Assembly: GCA_964016885.1 (NCBI GenBank)
Contig: OZ024743.1
Coordinates: 9,300,001 to 9,364,000 of the forward strand
DNA: 64,000 bases
Direction: 5' to 3'
Origin: Eledone cirrhosa
Taxonomy: Eukaryota
The position numbers were made by a program, and so were the translations under genes. Positions 12,895 through 27,960 of the stretch are shown here, piece by piece. Below the pieces are notes generated by a model. The model was not told where the DNA came from, ran no database searches, and saw only the letters and a list, made by a program, of their open reading frames with translations. Within the stretch, counting starts at the first letter, position 1. Each line of letters begins with the position of its first letter.

Positions 12895-13322
12895 GTGAAA
12901 ATAATTGAATTTGAAATTTCTCTCTATGATATAAATTGAGTAAACATACATTGGTTGGTATGATTGATACGAAATGACCTTAAATCAGAATTTCCTTTTG
13001 TTATTACAAATATAGATGGAGCTTAAAAAAACAACTTAGAAACGTTTTCGAAGAAATGAGAAAACAAATAACTAAATAATATACGCGTTATTTTAGCATG
13101 TGCAATGCGAAAGATATTATCATATTTGAAGGTAATGAAGGGAATTCCATTCCCACACAAGTGTTTAATGACATTTAAAGTGTAAATTCCCTTAGAAAAG
13201 GTTCATATATTTGTTGCATATTTATTTGGAAGAACAGTATTTTTTAGTATGTTGAATATGGAGAATTATATTGATAACGAAAGTTGCCTACGTTTACTAG
13301 ATCAATAGGATTTATTCTTATG

Positions 13323-13325
<3 letters not shown>

Positions 13326-13389
<64 letters not shown>

Positions 13390-13479
13390 AGTATATATAT
13401 ATATACATATATATTTACACATATAATACATATAGCTTCATATATGTAATATGCGATATAAATATACATGTATGTATAT

Positions 13480-13512
<33 letters not shown>

Positions 13513-13532
13513 ATATATATATATACACTGTA

Positions 13533-13627
<95 letters not shown>

Positions 13628-13631
13628 TGTA

Positions 13632-13696
<65 letters not shown>
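13326..13696. repeat. (CT)n + (TA)n microsatellite block
   Basis: Direct reading. Confidence 0.95.
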
Positions 13697-13699
<3 letters not shown>

Positions 13700-16009
13700 A
13701 AGTACCATAAGAATAAATTCAGTTATGGCCAAAATGCGTTAGATGATATTGATTTGTGTAGATATCAATAATGTCTTTGATATCTCTCAAGTAAACCACA
13801 TTCATTAATATCTTTATGTTTAATAACACAATCTAGCATTCTCCAACATTCAGCTATTTAATTACATTTGTAATGGCTGAAATCCAAAGAAATCTACTTT
13901 CTATGAAGAACAGAGATGAAATAGTGCAAAATAGGATAGCATGTTGAATAACAGCTTATTTATGGCGAGTGTCTTAAAGTAAAGCTTAACGAACGCATGG
14001 TAATTGAGTCTATATGGAGTTACTGAATCTGCTAAAAATAGCAACTTATTATAATTCTAAACACCCCACCGTCGTAAATCAGGAAACGTTACGTTGCAGT
14101 CTCTACTATATCAAAGAAAGTGATAGTCACAGCTGGAACATCTTTTTAGCAAAACTTACGTAGACTCTCATCAGCCACACTAACTATATGTCCAACACTA
14201 ACAATAAATGAGCAAGGCAGTCTCAGTTATCGAAAATATTTCATTTTATTTACTAAATAAATCAATATGCAGATCTGTTAACTCTCCCCATCCGACGGGG
14301 CGATCCCCCATCCACTTTGGGGTTGGTAAGAGACGTCTTCTCTTGTGAAAATGAGTATAGCTTTCATTACGTAATATCTCCCAATTTTGCCTCATTTCTC
14401 TCCGTTTTGGGCATGGTACTCCCCGTTTGGGGTTTAGAGGTTGGCAAGTCTGAATATGCCTTTCGTAACTCAATAATTTACAAGAAAAATATTTCAAATA
14501 TACTTTAAAAGGTACGTCATATCTACGCGACCACGTAGTGGCTTTATTTACCTGCCTCACTACTAATCATGTAAAGATCACGAGCGTCTAATTCCCAGTT
14601 TTTCGGTCTAAAATGAGAGACGTTTGTAACTAGTTATGAGAAACCAAGTTTGATCTTTTAATTTGGAACGTGGAACTTAATTAGATCTATGTAAGGGATA
14701 GCCAAAACCCCTGCTCATGCACATAAATGACAGTTATTTTATCGACCGATGGAGGATGGAAGACAAGGTCGACACAAAACGAATCTGAAATCAGAACGAA
14801 TACTCTGGTACTATTTTTAGTATTCAACCGTCCTACTCACATTCATAATATTAGTAAACAACTACGAAGTTTAAAAAAAATGTAAGCAATAAAAAAAGAA
14901 ATAAAAACAATGTTATGTCTAAAAACATACTACAGACGATCGGAGCGACCTGTCAGGTTAAATCTATCTGTAAAAAGATGGCGTAAATATGTTGTGAAAC
15001 AGCTTAAAGCTGTTTCTTTTCTTGCTCTGTAACATACTGCTGTACGTGCTTAATATCCATAGTTCAAAACAAACAAGAATACTTTTTATTGTTACAGTTG
15101 TATCTCTATCATACCAATCACAATAGCAAGATACCAAGTTACTGAGACTATGCAAACAGGACTTTCGTGCACACAATTACAAAATGGTAAATGGTAAAAT
15201 AATACGCTATAAAGAGGATGTATGTTATCCTAAAGCTGGATATTCTTAGACTTTTTTGCAATTGTTCGGATTTATCAGTTATTCAGTCATCAAAACAGCC
15301 GAAATATAATTGTTTCTTTCATACCTATTAAAACAGATTTTGACAGGTTGATGTGCTATGTCACCTTTTCAGAATTTTTTTTTCTCATTCACCCTTATTG
15401 ATAACATAAATGATAATATTATTTAGATACCTTAAGAAACCGATAATTTTCTTCCTGTAATACATCAGTAGGTTTTGGAACAGGAGTTCGCGAACTGGTT
15501 CACAGGTAGATACATTTTATATTATTTCACATTTGCCTTTCAGAGATCCAATGTTGCTACAAACTTGAACAAGCATCTGAACCAGATATGAACTAAAACC
15601 TGAGGGATCTTATCCACGATATTAGGTTTAGTCATTTCTATTTCATGTCGACTAAAATCTGAGGTTTCATGTCTCATCATCTTTTTCCAGTTTCCTCTCA
15701 ATCTACTAACTGAATTGGTTGCCTATCTGGATTGTCAATACTAGTTAGCCTTCTCATCTACTTTCCGATTTCGGAGAGAAGCACAAATTTCTTAGACAAT
15801 CATTACATTTCTCTCACCTTGAAACACCTTTTCTATACCACCTAACCAAATTCAGATAATTATAAACTCTAATCACGAAATCGTCTAATACTTTAATTCG
15901 GTTAAATGGTTGGTACTCCAATAGTTCTACGCTACTAGCAGTAGATATGCTTCACCTTTTATCCATCTACGGCAGTGATGTACAGTGGAATAGTGGTATG
16001 GACCTTCAT

Positions 16010-16310
16010 CGGTTTCGACGATGAGTCTTCCAATTGTTCGAAAAACGAAACAGTCTGCTCATGAAATTAAAGAGCAAATGACTGAGTATGCCACAGACAC
16101 CTGTACCCATATCATAACTCCCAGCGTATGTCGAGGCTGGCCATTTGAATTAGACGGACTTCCATACAGTTTCTGACTACCCAATTTCACCCAGAAAGTT
16201 ATTGTTGACCCGAGGTTATGTTAAACAAATTTGCTTAAGATGACACGTAGTCGTATTAAACCCGCGACCTAATGTTTGCAAAGTGAAATTCTTAACCATT
16301 CGACCATACT
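16010..16310 (-). mobile_element. Old SINE remnants (second family, tRNA-like head at ~16310)
   Basis: Shares ctgctc.tgaaattaa..actgag..ccacagacac..ggccatttgaatta with 24670-24920; minus-strand head with ggttaaga..gggtttaat. Confidence 0.5.
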
Positions 16311-16651
16311 ACCTAGAACTAGCATCTATTTGTATATTACCCATAGCTGAATTACAGCTGAGTAAAATCACACACCGTCCCCATCTATTAGGCGTTGATT
16401 CTCCATAGCAAAATTCTCCATGTGTAGAGAGGAAAAAGTATCCATGTGCTTGTGTGATTGAAAGAAACTTGGTTATCATCGAAAGGGATTTCCGAAATAT
16501 ATGTTCATGGAATTAGTTCATGTCTGCTCTATGATATCAAGATTGCACATGTACAATGAATGTATGCAGAAGATTAGTGAAGACTGAAAAGTGGTGTCAT
16601 CTGCGCATGAGTCTACTCTGATTATATTCTTTCCCCCTCTTTTTCTTCTGT

Positions 16652-16688
<37 letters not shown>

Positions 16689-16849
16689 CCATCCTCCTCC
16701 CCCCCTCCTCCTCCTCCTCCTCCTCATCATCATCATCATCATCAACATCAACGTCAACATCATGTATTGCCTGCTCTCAGCCGGCTGCAAACCATTTCAA
16801 ATTTCTATTTCAAACCATTTCAAATTTCTATGTTATACAACCATGTCAT

Positions 16850-17950
16850 TTTTGAATATCCTCTTCCGCTCTATATTTTATTGTTTATTAATAGTCACTG
16901 TAGTCCACTTTCTAAAAATTAAATGTTTAAAATATTTTTACTTCCTGGCTTTGACGGTGTCTAGTTACTTTGGTTTTTAGTTTTTGTTATTTTTAGTCCT
17001 TCACCTTTGACTTTATGTTCTTTCCATGATATTCTCAAAAGTCGTCTATATGCACACATTTGAAAAGTTTCAAATCGATTTGATAATACGTTTGTTAATG
17101 CCCACGTTTCAGCTCTATAGAATAGCGAGAATCACACATAACGCTTTAATAATCGTTTTCTGATTTTGATATTAATGTTTATTGATGTTACTATATTTGA
17201 CATGCTTTCAAATGGCTTTCCAGCTATCTAAATTCTTCCTTTAAGTTCTTCACCTTTCCCGTTTTCTGATGATTGCATATATTTCAGGCATGTTATCTTT
17301 TGTGTGTGTTCGATTGGCTTTCCTTCAGTTGTTATATTTATTTTGCGTCACTATTTCTTGCTCATTGCTATTCATTCTGTTTTCTTTACATTAATTTTTA
17401 TGCTACATGACATGTTATTTTCTGTAGTTAAAAGGTTCTGTAAGTCGCCTCTGTTGAAAGTTAACAACGTAGTATCGTCTGCTTATCTATGGTGGTTTAT
17501 GTTCATACCTTCTATTGAGACTCCAGGCATGTCTTCGACTTCTTTGAAGATTTCGATGTATAGGTTAAATAAGCCAGACTGACACCTTTCTTTTAAATTC
17601 TAGTTTCTTTGTTCTGTTTAGTTCTAGCTACTTGTGTTTGCTACGAGTATATTTTTGTTATTTGTTATTTCTAATATATATCTCGAATCCTGATAGACAA
17701 TCGATCATCTGTTATGGTTTCCTCTGCCACATAACTTGTTGTAGTCTATAAATCCTCTGTGAACATCTTGGTTTGCATAGAATATTTCATAGACAGGTTT
17801 TAGGTTAAATATTCCTTTACAAGTTTCTATCCCTAGTTTAAAATTACTTTGTAGTTCACTTATTTCTTCGCTTACTCGTGCCGAGATTATTTGTTGGCTG
17901 ATATCTAATAGTAGTTTAGTAACATGCCTGCGCCGTCTTAAGATTTTGGT
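16850..17950 (-). mobile_element. Decayed RTE-type LINE reverse transcriptase
   Basis: Minus strand: *ADDTTLL (~17480; YADD), LFYRAETWAL..FQMCAYRRLLRISW (~17120-17025). Confidence 0.75.
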
Positions 17951-17959
17951 TAGATTGTT

Positions 17960-19630
17960 TCATCTCGGTTGGGATGTGTCTACACTCATATATAAGGGAA
18001 AGTTATATAACACTTTCAATCTATAACATTTGGGCGACTGGTAATCACTGTACGTAATTTTGAACGGAGATTTATTTGTCAGACAGCTGAAGGATTTGCT
18101 AATATCAAAAGCAACAATATTGCTTTTGCTAAAGTTATGATTTGTGTTGTAAGGGAGTAGGTCATCTTTATATCTAACTCTATGAAAATTGTGACTGAGG
18201 AGAAGAGACATGGTGGATAAACATTTCTTAGTGGTATATCGTAGTTTATTTACTCTTCTGTGACATTCTTAGCTGGTTACTTTGTTTGAACAGATCTGAG
18301 TTAACCCCATAAGATATTTCCTTGAGGGAGTGTTGTGTTAGGTAATATACAGTATAGTTGTTGCATAGCTCTTGGTCAGCTCTCATCAAGCAGTCTTATA
18401 ACATGCAGCTAGTCGAGCGAATAAATTAACACTGCGCACATAACTGCTGTTCTAGGTATATGATGTCACGACCTAGCCGAGGAACATACTTCACATCTAG
18501 ACAATGGTAAATCACATCTGGTGCAGTGTGGTAATCTAGATATATATATCTTTGTATGCATACTTTGGTTTTGTAAGTCTATTTCAACCTTCATTGATCA
18601 AATAAATAATAATCAAAAGCATTTCAACCACAACTATCCTATCTCTTTAGAACTATCTAGTACTACATTATTTAATGTGTTTTTTTTCTTACTAAGACAG
18701 TAGGTTTGATTTGAGGGATAGGTGGCTTCTATTTCTAGCAAAACTAGTAAATTAGATACTGTGGAGATTCCCTATCTGGTTCATGTACACATAATGTTAT
18801 TATTTAATTCAAGGTCAGCATTGAAGCGGAGTAGCAGAATCCGTGTTGCAATTTGGTGATGGGACTGGCTGAACAAGGGATACGAAGGTTGACTCTTTTA
18901 AAACAATGAGAGTATGCATACGAGAGCGACAAGACTACGATATTTCCTTACGTGGGGTTTTGCTAGACATTAGAATTCTAATGATTTCTTTCCATCTATA
19001 GATTCTTGGAATATAAGTGTTGTTATGAGTAGTTAGTTGTATATATATTAGTGAATACAGTTATTCTTTCATATTTTAGATTTCCCTAATGACATTTAGT
19101 TGTAAGAAATATGTACATTACTTAGTTGTCTCAGATGTGTCAGAGATGAAGTACACATGCTTCAAGAGCAGTCAGCGTAGAATAGCAATAACTTTAATCA
19201 GTTAGCTGAGTTTAGGTAACTGAAGGCTTGGAGGCAGAAACTACCCGGTCGGAATGTTATGTGGATTCCTTTAATTAGACGTTCCGATGAGATAAGACTG
19301 ATAGTGGACCGGTAAAGGTCACGTTTGGAGATGAGATAGAAATGAAAATTATTCAGAGAGTTTGTGCATTAGTCAAAGATAAACGAGGATTCTGACTGAT
19401 ACAGACAGTTATTTTTTGTAAGTGATTTGAATGTTGTGCAGCTGTTGCCAGAATGAGACAATTGTGAGAAATAACTAGGAGTAATCGGATGACGTCAGCA
19501 AGGAAATGGGAATGATACTTTCAATGCAGAATTGGTGTGTTGGTGAGAGGGCTTCGACGGGAAGCGAATTTAATGGAGTGGGAAAGAAAGATTTGGTAAC
19601 TTGAAATGGATGTATTTGTTGCTGATATCC
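17960..19630 (-). mobile_element. Decayed CR1/Jockey-like LINE
   Basis: IVAFDISKSF (cf. VALDISKAFD) in ORF 17960-18211. Upstream extent is approximate. Confidence 0.5.
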
Positions 19631-20320
19631 AGTTGAAAGTATTTAATGGAGGGGATACTAAATTTTACGTAGATATAAAGAATGAGTAATTTATTTTTTG
19701 ACTTAAGGTGGAATTTCAATTTTTAAAAAACTTTTTCAGGGAAGTATTAGGTAGAATATAATTCTAGACCGAGTCACAGGCGAAACGCAGACTGATTCAG
19801 ATTTATTTTGTCGAATTTACGTACACGACTCCTCCCAGAAAAGATGGCTCTGTAATGTAGCATCTTTGTGCAAATAGAAGCCAAATTTGTCACTCATTTT
19901 ATTTCAGAGACTATGCATCGATATTAAAATACATCCCATACTTCTTCCTCCTATCACACATGTTACACTTTGTACACATGGAATACAAACATGTATCCAA
20001 CCATTCTAATAATGCAACTAATCTTAACTGTCAACATTAACATCAAACAGCACACTTCAAAACTTACGCCTATAATCACCAAGTATTTACATGTTCCTCT
20101 CTTTACTGAGAGCATATGGAAGCACATGCTGGTGGCTTTCTTATCCAACTACTCGAACAAAGCCAAAAGCCTTATTTTAAAAGATTTTTGGAATATTTAA
20201 ATCCCATATACGATAACTCAGGCTGTTGAGAATAGTAACCATATATCTGCCAAACTACATATTACTACCTTTAAAAAATGGAAATACATTAGGCAATGCA
20301 TTATATTTCATTATATTTCT

Positions 20321-20505
20321 GGATTGGCAGTATCGGTAGAGGATCGAACGCCATGCTTTGACGCATAGAGTTACGGCCCTTGCCATTCTGAGTTCAAATC
20401 CCGCCGAGGTTAACTTTGCCTTTCATCCTTACGGGGTCGATAAAATAAAGTACCAGTAATACACTGGGTAATTGCTAGCCTTGTGCCAAAAGTAGAAACA
20501 ATTAT
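20321..20505 (+). mobile_element. SINE (dominant family, short form) with target-site duplication
   Basis: Full body; flanked by ttatatttct at 20311-20320 and 20502-20511. Confidence 0.9.
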
Positions 20506-21739
20506 ATTTCTACATGATCATGAAAGGCCTTCGGCGGAACAACAGCAATGTGGGTAATACAAATCTTTTTTCCATCTCAGCTCAGTTCAGTTCCTGTTGA
20601 TAGAGATCAACTATATTACATATCATTGCTATTCCACACTTCAGAACTTTAGTGAGTTAATGCCCTTGACATTAACAAATCAATCGACTGTGTCTAGCAC
20701 AATAACACTAAACTAAGTTATTCTTCCATAAGAAGGTAAACATTCTTGGGCTTATTCGTCTCTCATTTCTGAAACTGGGTATTTCATGTTAAATGTTCCA
20801 TTGCAGCGTCGATGACATGATTATTATTCTATGAACTGTTGTATAATCCAAAGTTTGATTATGTCACTGAATCGTTTGGAATAACTTTGCTATACTCTCT
20901 AGGAACACATTCGCCTACAAACATGGTTACAAAACTTCATTAATCCCCCACATACTTCCTTAATCCAGCCTCATGTAGTAACACTATTGTTTCCAAGAGC
21001 AAATATATCTTTTAATAGCCTCCAAACATAGTGATTACACATATCAAAAAACACTCACGCAACACTCCACATTTCATACTGATTAATGAGACCATGCTGA
21101 CTCCCCCATATTTTCTATAAATGGTCACTAACGATCTTTATAGTATTGACCAGATACCTATAACATTCTCAAAATTACATCTTAAAGACTAGTTATCCTA
21201 TTTTGAACCAGAAAATATCTCAGCCCTGACCTGCTGATCCTCTATAAGTCCAATTACCAATAGTCATTCATTACATACGTAGAATAATGGTGTATTTAGA
21301 TCTATTGAATTTCAAACCAGCATTATAAAGGCTATATGGATGCTTAAGAAAAGCCTCATTCACCAATACATCCTTGTGAATGTATTGTAATATCTGTGAT
21401 AACTTTTTCTCAGTCCCTTTTACCCCTACTATAAAATCTCCTTTCCTGAACTAGTAAGCCAAATTCGTTCTCTGTCTAAGTCATTTGTTACACTCACCTC
21501 TCTTTCATTGATAATGGATAATGTCAATGACCTCTCAGATTTGTAAGTTTAGCAGGTAAGCTACATTGTCTACACAAATCATAGAGATTGTCCTTTCTTG
21601 GACTAAAAGATTTTAGAAATAAACAACGAAAAACAGTATAAAGAATAAACACGTAAGACACCAAGAAAATATACAGCTGTAATCTTCTAGAGTAATCAAG
21701 TGAGGATTATATAGTCATAAATAATGCACAAATAGTGGA

Positions 21740-22300
21740 ATTCACGATCCTATATCGATTCTCGGTGGAAGCCAAGTCCAATTTATTTTGATTTCATTGG
21801 CGTTTGCGAAGTCATGAATATTATAATATCCGACTTCCTTTCTTGAGTGTATTTGTACACTATTTGAAGTAAACGATCAATCTAACTTTTACAATCCGTA
21901 GTATTGTTTGGCTGTCATTGAAATACACACCACTTGAGAAGTATGAGTATATATTTGCCTAAAATAATAACTGTTACGAAAAGCTAACTTCATCAACAAG
22001 TCTAAATATTTAATCGTAATACGTGGAAATGAAACACTTTAATTTTTTATAGTCCTAGTTGAACAATTATAACTAATTTCCTTTCATTAGTTCATATATT
22101 TATAGCACAGTAATAAATGATGGGTGAAGGATTTGAGCTCAGTGAATTTAGTTTCGCAATCCACCCTATTTACAACTCTACTATTCAGCCAACAATAGTT
22201 GGAAACTCCAGGCAAATATATGGAACAGCTGTTAGAGTCAATTACTGGAGATTTATGAGGTTTTGTATTATTAAAGAATAGCATGATCGATTGATACATT
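21740..22300 (-). mobile_element. Possible very old BEL/Pao LTR integrase remnant
   Basis: NYCWLNSRVVNRVDC (zinc-binding-like) followed by KINWTWLPPR (cf. IxWxFxPP). Weak. Confidence 0.25.
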
Positions 22301-23002
22301 TCTGCAAATCTTAAAGTCTTTTGTTAAAATATCTGGAATAACAATTAAAATTAGATTTGACTCGATTGCTACAATAAAATTCGGGTCTTCAATTGCTTGT
22401 TTGAAAGAATAAAGATAAAAGTAGTAGGTGATGGGTATACTTGATTCTCAAGAGTACAAAACAAAACAAAAAATGTTGGGATAATTGGAATGAGAAAATG
22501 AAAATGAAGAATGTACTAGCATTATCTTTTGTGAATCTCAGCCTGTGAGCAATGGAATAATTCATTAGATTTTCAATGATTTTTTTTAGAATACTATCGA
22601 TTTTAAATTTTTCTCCGAATTACTTCTTTTTAAAACTAACATAAATTTGTCCTCTGTAACATATGGTTACTTGCTAACTTGTATATAATCACAGCCGGAA
22701 GTCTCTCAGTATAATTTTCGTATTTTCTGTTTTATCTAACACTAAAATTTTCTCCAGGTGAAAGTAAGTACCTAAAATATCAGGAATTAATAATCAATTT
22801 GTTCCAAAGTTTGGCGTCTACTTGTCGCTGGAGATATAACAATTTAATTTAATTGAGATATAATTTTTATTGTGCAATCTTCCTAATATGCAAACATCTT
22901 GGAAATTAAATTTCAAATTATAGATCTGTTATATAGCATTACAGAGTTAAATGTGCTGAATGCCAAAATCAGCACAGATTTCTTTTTTTTTTATTAGACG
23001 TG

Positions 23003-23045
<43 letters not shown>

Positions 23046-23443
23046 ACAAATTATAAATTATAAAAATTATAAAATATATATATATATTCCTCACTTCACC
23101 CCGTTCGCAACGAAAGCAATTTCTCTCTTTCTCACATTGCATTCGTTTGCGAAAGGTCTTTTTTCTAAGCGCTCATATATTCACCTAGCTTATGCTAACA
23201 GAATAACTATGAAGCTTGTTTCCTTCCTTCTACGGTTAGCTCTACTCTTTGTTGTTTTCCTGTCTCACTCGCTTTACGCGTTTTAATTGTCCTAATAACT
23301 TAATTTAGTTATTATTGCACCGACGTGAGGTATATGATTTTTAATGCAATGAAATATCTATGATCGTCGGCAAATCACTGATGAGGGACTTATTTTATTA
23401 CATGTTATCCATGTGCTACCAGCAGTATTTTTCTCCCCATTTT

Positions 23444-23500
<57 letters not shown>

Positions 23501-23555
23501 GTGGGAAAGTAAAAAATCGGAGAATAGACCGTTAAAACATGTTTATTTAAAAACA

Positions 23556-23597
23556 GCACCTACGTACATTTCGCCCAGTTGGGCTTCTCAAGGGCAT
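23556..23597 (-). ncRNA. Minimal type I hammerhead motif, U3:A8 core variant
   Basis: Minus: tgccc-TTGAGAA-gccc aact gggc-GAAAT-gtac-GTA-ggtgc. Within a ~280 bp insert between (TA)n tracts. Confidence 0.65.
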
Positions 23598-23776
23598 AAA
23601 TAATCACAAGTGTTCCTTATATTGCTCTGCTAATTTTCTAGCCCACTAAATATTAACACTTCGAATATTTAATACTGCCGGCACTAGTATCGAGCACCTT
23701 TGGCATACGCTACTTGGCAAATAACTGTATGTATCACCTACCCTCCCCTTTTCTTCTCCTTCTCGATACGTAAATA

Positions 23777-24090
<314 letters not shown>

Positions 24091-24145
24091 TATGTATATA
24101 TATATGTCTCTATATAAATATATATATATATATATATATTGGGCA

Positions 24146-24268
24146 TCCACTGATGAGTTTATAAGAGCCTGCTTGTGTATAAGACCTGGATTATATACAA
24201 GTTTCTACATAACCTGGACATTATTTATCCCAAATTGTAGAAATCTTATAACGAAACGATCGTCTGGA
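24146..24268 (+). ncRNA. Type I hammerhead ribozyme motif, canonical core, long stem II
   Basis: tcca-CTGATGA(24150-24156)-gtttataaga..~96 nt..tcttataac-GAAAC(24253-24257)-gatc-GTC-tgga. Starts just after (TA)n. Confidence 0.85.
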
Positions 24269-24669
24269 AGGAAAGAGATATTTATTTAATTATGTCTCAT
24301 ATAAAATAATACAACCAGCTATCCACGAAATACTGATTAGTTAGCACCCCAAACACTAAATTGGGAGAATACTTAGGTAATTTGAATTTGTAAATTTGCT
24401 GGTTACGCATATATTTATATTTTCTCTCAGTCTCTGAGGATATGATGACGATAACATGTATTTTAAATTGAGTGGCACTACTTTCAGTATTTAGCAATTT
24501 TTAGACCTTTAGACAACTCTATCAGTGAAACAATTGTTAGACTGTAAATAAATCTCCTTTTTTTGTACTGTTGACCATGTTATTCTCCACTTTTTCAATT
24601 ATATATATATATATAAATTGTGTTTGTAAAACGCCCGTAGTTTAAGACGATGTATGTTCGTTCTAATTG

Positions 24670-24920
24670 TATGATCAACAGAACAGCATGCACGTAAGAG
24701 TAACGTGCACATGGCTGAGAATTCCACGCGCACGCGTACACCGAACGTAGTTTTTAGGGAAAGTCAGCATGAGAGTGAGCATCAAGTCCGGTCATTTGAA
24801 TTACTAGTTCAGCTCGTTTTTACCAGCTGAATAAACTGGCGCAACGGTTCACAAGAAATCGAAATCAAAATCATAAGATCATGAGCTGAATACCGTAAAA
24901 ATTCAACTATGCACCTTCAC
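24670..24920 (-). mobile_element. Old SINE (second family)
   Basis: Similar to 16010-16150 and to the head of the 35269 copy. Confidence 0.5.
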
Positions 24921-24959
24921 AAAGAAGCTTAAAATCGTCTATGCCCCCCATTGTCAACG

Positions 24960-27025
24960 AGGTTATTGCTATGGTTTATACCCAAGGTAGTCCTGATCAA
25001 GTATATTTTTCAGATTTGCCTTAATTTTCATTAATGCACGGATACTAGACAAGTGCCTACAGAACAGCTTGATCATTATGCACTCACCTTGGTCAGGGGT
25101 ATCTGGCAGCACTTTCGTGCCTCTAGAGTTTGTCCCGAACTGGTTGTACCTCACAGTTTCACTATCAGGTCAGCTCAGATTAGGGCTTTTTAGAAATTTT
25201 CCTCAGTCCCCGAGCGGAAAGTTTTCCGAAATAGAAAATTTTCGGTCGGACCGATAGTCTTTCCGAAAGCGTCATTGTTCATGTCTACTTCTAATCCTCA
25301 ATAGAACATTAACATGCAATTTTCATCGACCGCATTGCCCCACTATCAGAGGGCTGTGAAGATCTGGAAACATTTTAGATGCCGATCACCCAGTCTTGAT
25401 TTGTAGTCCAATCTAAGGGACGAGCTGGAAAAAAACTCGTTCGATAAATGGTGACCTGTTCACCGACTAGGAAATTTGCAGCCTCAGAATATGCCTGCGG
25501 ATTAACATATGCGGAGCCCTTCAAATAAAGTTTGCTAGCAATGGTCAGATTGTAACATACACCGGGGATGTACGCATTATCCACCTCTGCCTGGTCCAGT
25601 ACCTATCTACTTGGAAGTTTGGATCAAACCAGAAACCGAGCAACTTATATCATTCGTCCATTCAGCACCCTCTGATGCTGTCGGACAGCATGGATGTACT
25701 TCTCTAGGTGCCGAGCTGCAAACGAACCGATTTTTTCAGGCTAAGTTTTGCGCTTGTTAACGTTTCGTACACTTTTATAAAGTTGACGACTACCTCAATT
25801 TCCAAGGTTTTCAACACCATCTCGATAACGTCGTTTGCATATGCCAACACTGCTTTTCCACGTATCCGTTCAAGATAGAGGCCCTTCAACAGCTCCAGCT
25901 TCTGCTGTAGTAGCTCAAGAGTCAGTACATATAAAGAGAAGCACAGAGGAGAATTTTGACAGACCTAGCACTTGGTCAGAAACGGTTCCGATAGGTTGTT
26001 GTTGTTGCTACTGCTGAAGTTGTTACAAACTCTCGTTGTTTTATTTTCTTTTGGTCGCAGCGTCAGCTGTAGAGGTGGTCACTTATCTCCATTTTGTTTT
26101 GGACAGGTGTTTGGTCGTTCATATAAGTGGCATTTGAACTCTCTGCGTTTCATGCCTTGGCGTAGCTCTATCCCATTGGACAGGTGAATAAAGTCTGGGA
26201 TTCTTCTAGCATTTTTGTCTTGATCTGAACCAGAATATCCAGACCGGTTTTCCAGGCCAGTACTTTTCACGTTCACTAGTGTGTCGTCTTCTTCGAAGTC
26301 AACGCAGAATAAGATCCACAAGATGTTTTGGTAGAACACGAGATAACCTTAGCTTCACTGTTTTCCAGGTGAGGTATGTGGAAAAGAGGACAAATACACG
26401 CTGCAATAAGAATAGATGGTATATTGTCACACAAGGGCCTCAATTTTGAAGAGGACTTCTACGTTTGCAAACTCCTTTCTCTTGCTATGCCATCCACACT
26501 TGGCCATAATTCTTTCAGATCATTCTCTGGCTGAGCATAGAATTCTGTTTCCGAGCTCCGTCTCCGAATCAACAGACAATGCTATGAAGTTTGTCTCATT
26601 AGCTCTGGTGGCACAATTAGTACGGCCCTTCTACTGTTCATTCTGTTCCCTTTGCCTTCGTCAATTTGGCATCTTTGTTGGCAAGAGATAGTAGATACAA
26701 TTTATTTTAGGCACTTGTTATGGCTGAAAAGATTTTGAGTGTATTGTTGTTTCTGTCAATGATGATGCTATTGACAAAGTCATTGTTGTTGTTGCTTCTG
26801 TCGCTGGTGATGTTGTTAGTGTTGTTGCTGTTGTTCATGTTGTCATTAGTGTTGTTTTTGCTGTTTCTCTCACCGATAATATTGTTATATTCATTGATAT
26901 ATTATGTTATTGTTGTGGTAATGGTGGTGTCAGTTATATTCTTTTTATTGTAAAACCGTAGCTATGAATGCAGAAAGAAAACTTTGAAGCTAGTTCAACT
27001 GTTCCTCTCTGCGTTTGATGCCATT
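24960..27025 (-). mobile_element. Decayed Tx1/L1-clade LINE (ORF1 plus internally deleted ORF2)
   Basis: ORF2: VLAYANDV..YETLTSAKLSLKKSVRLQLGT (YADD region), KLYLKGSAYVN. ORF1: RRIPDFIHLSNG..CHLYERPNTC, with a low-complexity N-terminal part at 26720-26950. Confidence 0.75.
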
Positions 27026-27489
27026 TTGAAAATCTCCGATGAAACAGATTTTCAAATGGAAACACCACTCGTTATGGCTAGAAAATTAGAGCCGTTAATT
27101 TTATAAACACAATTAAATGTCAGTAATAAATGCTGTGGGGAACATTAACTAAAGTAATTCTAGGAAAACCTCACCGTGGCTGCCTAATTATATGATGCCC
27201 TTTTTCGGTTTATCGTCATTTGTTTAATTGGTATAAACGTATTTAGCTTAGTTAATATAACGCTTCAATCCACCCTTCGTAAAACACATTAAGAGACAGC
27301 GGATCCCTCTACTCCTTAACATCCATTTTATGTGTTACTTAAAAAAGTTGATGAGGGCTGGCCAAAGAGGAAAAACCATAGCTTCAACCTATTTAACCAT
27401 GTTCTTCTCAAAATTAATAGACAGAGGAAATTTAGGTGTTCTTCCCTGACAAACGACGTGATTTGGTCGATCTTATATATATATATATA

Positions 27490-27960
27490 TACTGGTTTTC
27501 TGCTCAACACAAAGCTTGACCACACCAGTGTATATAATGTTCAATTCTGGCATGAGATCTTATGTGACCTTTTAGATTAGACATACTTTTCAAAATCCGT
27601 CTACATAAATTGCATATTAGATTTGGAGCAGCTTCGACTGCCTAATGTAACTTGAACTTTGAAATGTCTGTTTAGACCTTCTTGAGATTTGCAGATCTTG
27701 TGGCATATGTGGCATTGATAAGAGTGAACTAGTTTGTTCTATAGTCAGTATGGAGTGCCCTATTGTGTGCTCTTATGTGATATTGAAGGTCAATCTCTGA
27801 CAGGCAGATTCTTCCACAGTCTGGACATGTAGGGAAAGTTCCATTGATTCCATTTCCCCTTATTGGCTGTGTTTTTATATTACTCTGAATATTTACTTGC
27901 ATTAGCCTGTTTTGCGCAAATGTTTTCACACCATCCTATATTTTTGAACGCCAGGCAGAG
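27490..27960 (-). mobile_element. RTE-type LINE 3' end encoding three degenerate C2H2 zinc fingers
   Basis: CPDCGRICLSEIDLQYHIRAH; CHICHKICKSQEGLNRHFKVQ; CNLCRRILKSMSNLKGHIRSH, separated by frameshifts. Short 3' UTR, then (TA)n. Confidence 0.7.

Noticed and set aside
23375-23445. caCTGATGAgggac half-HHR (similar to 62990)
   Set aside because: No GAAA/NUH half follows, so it was not counted as a ribozyme.
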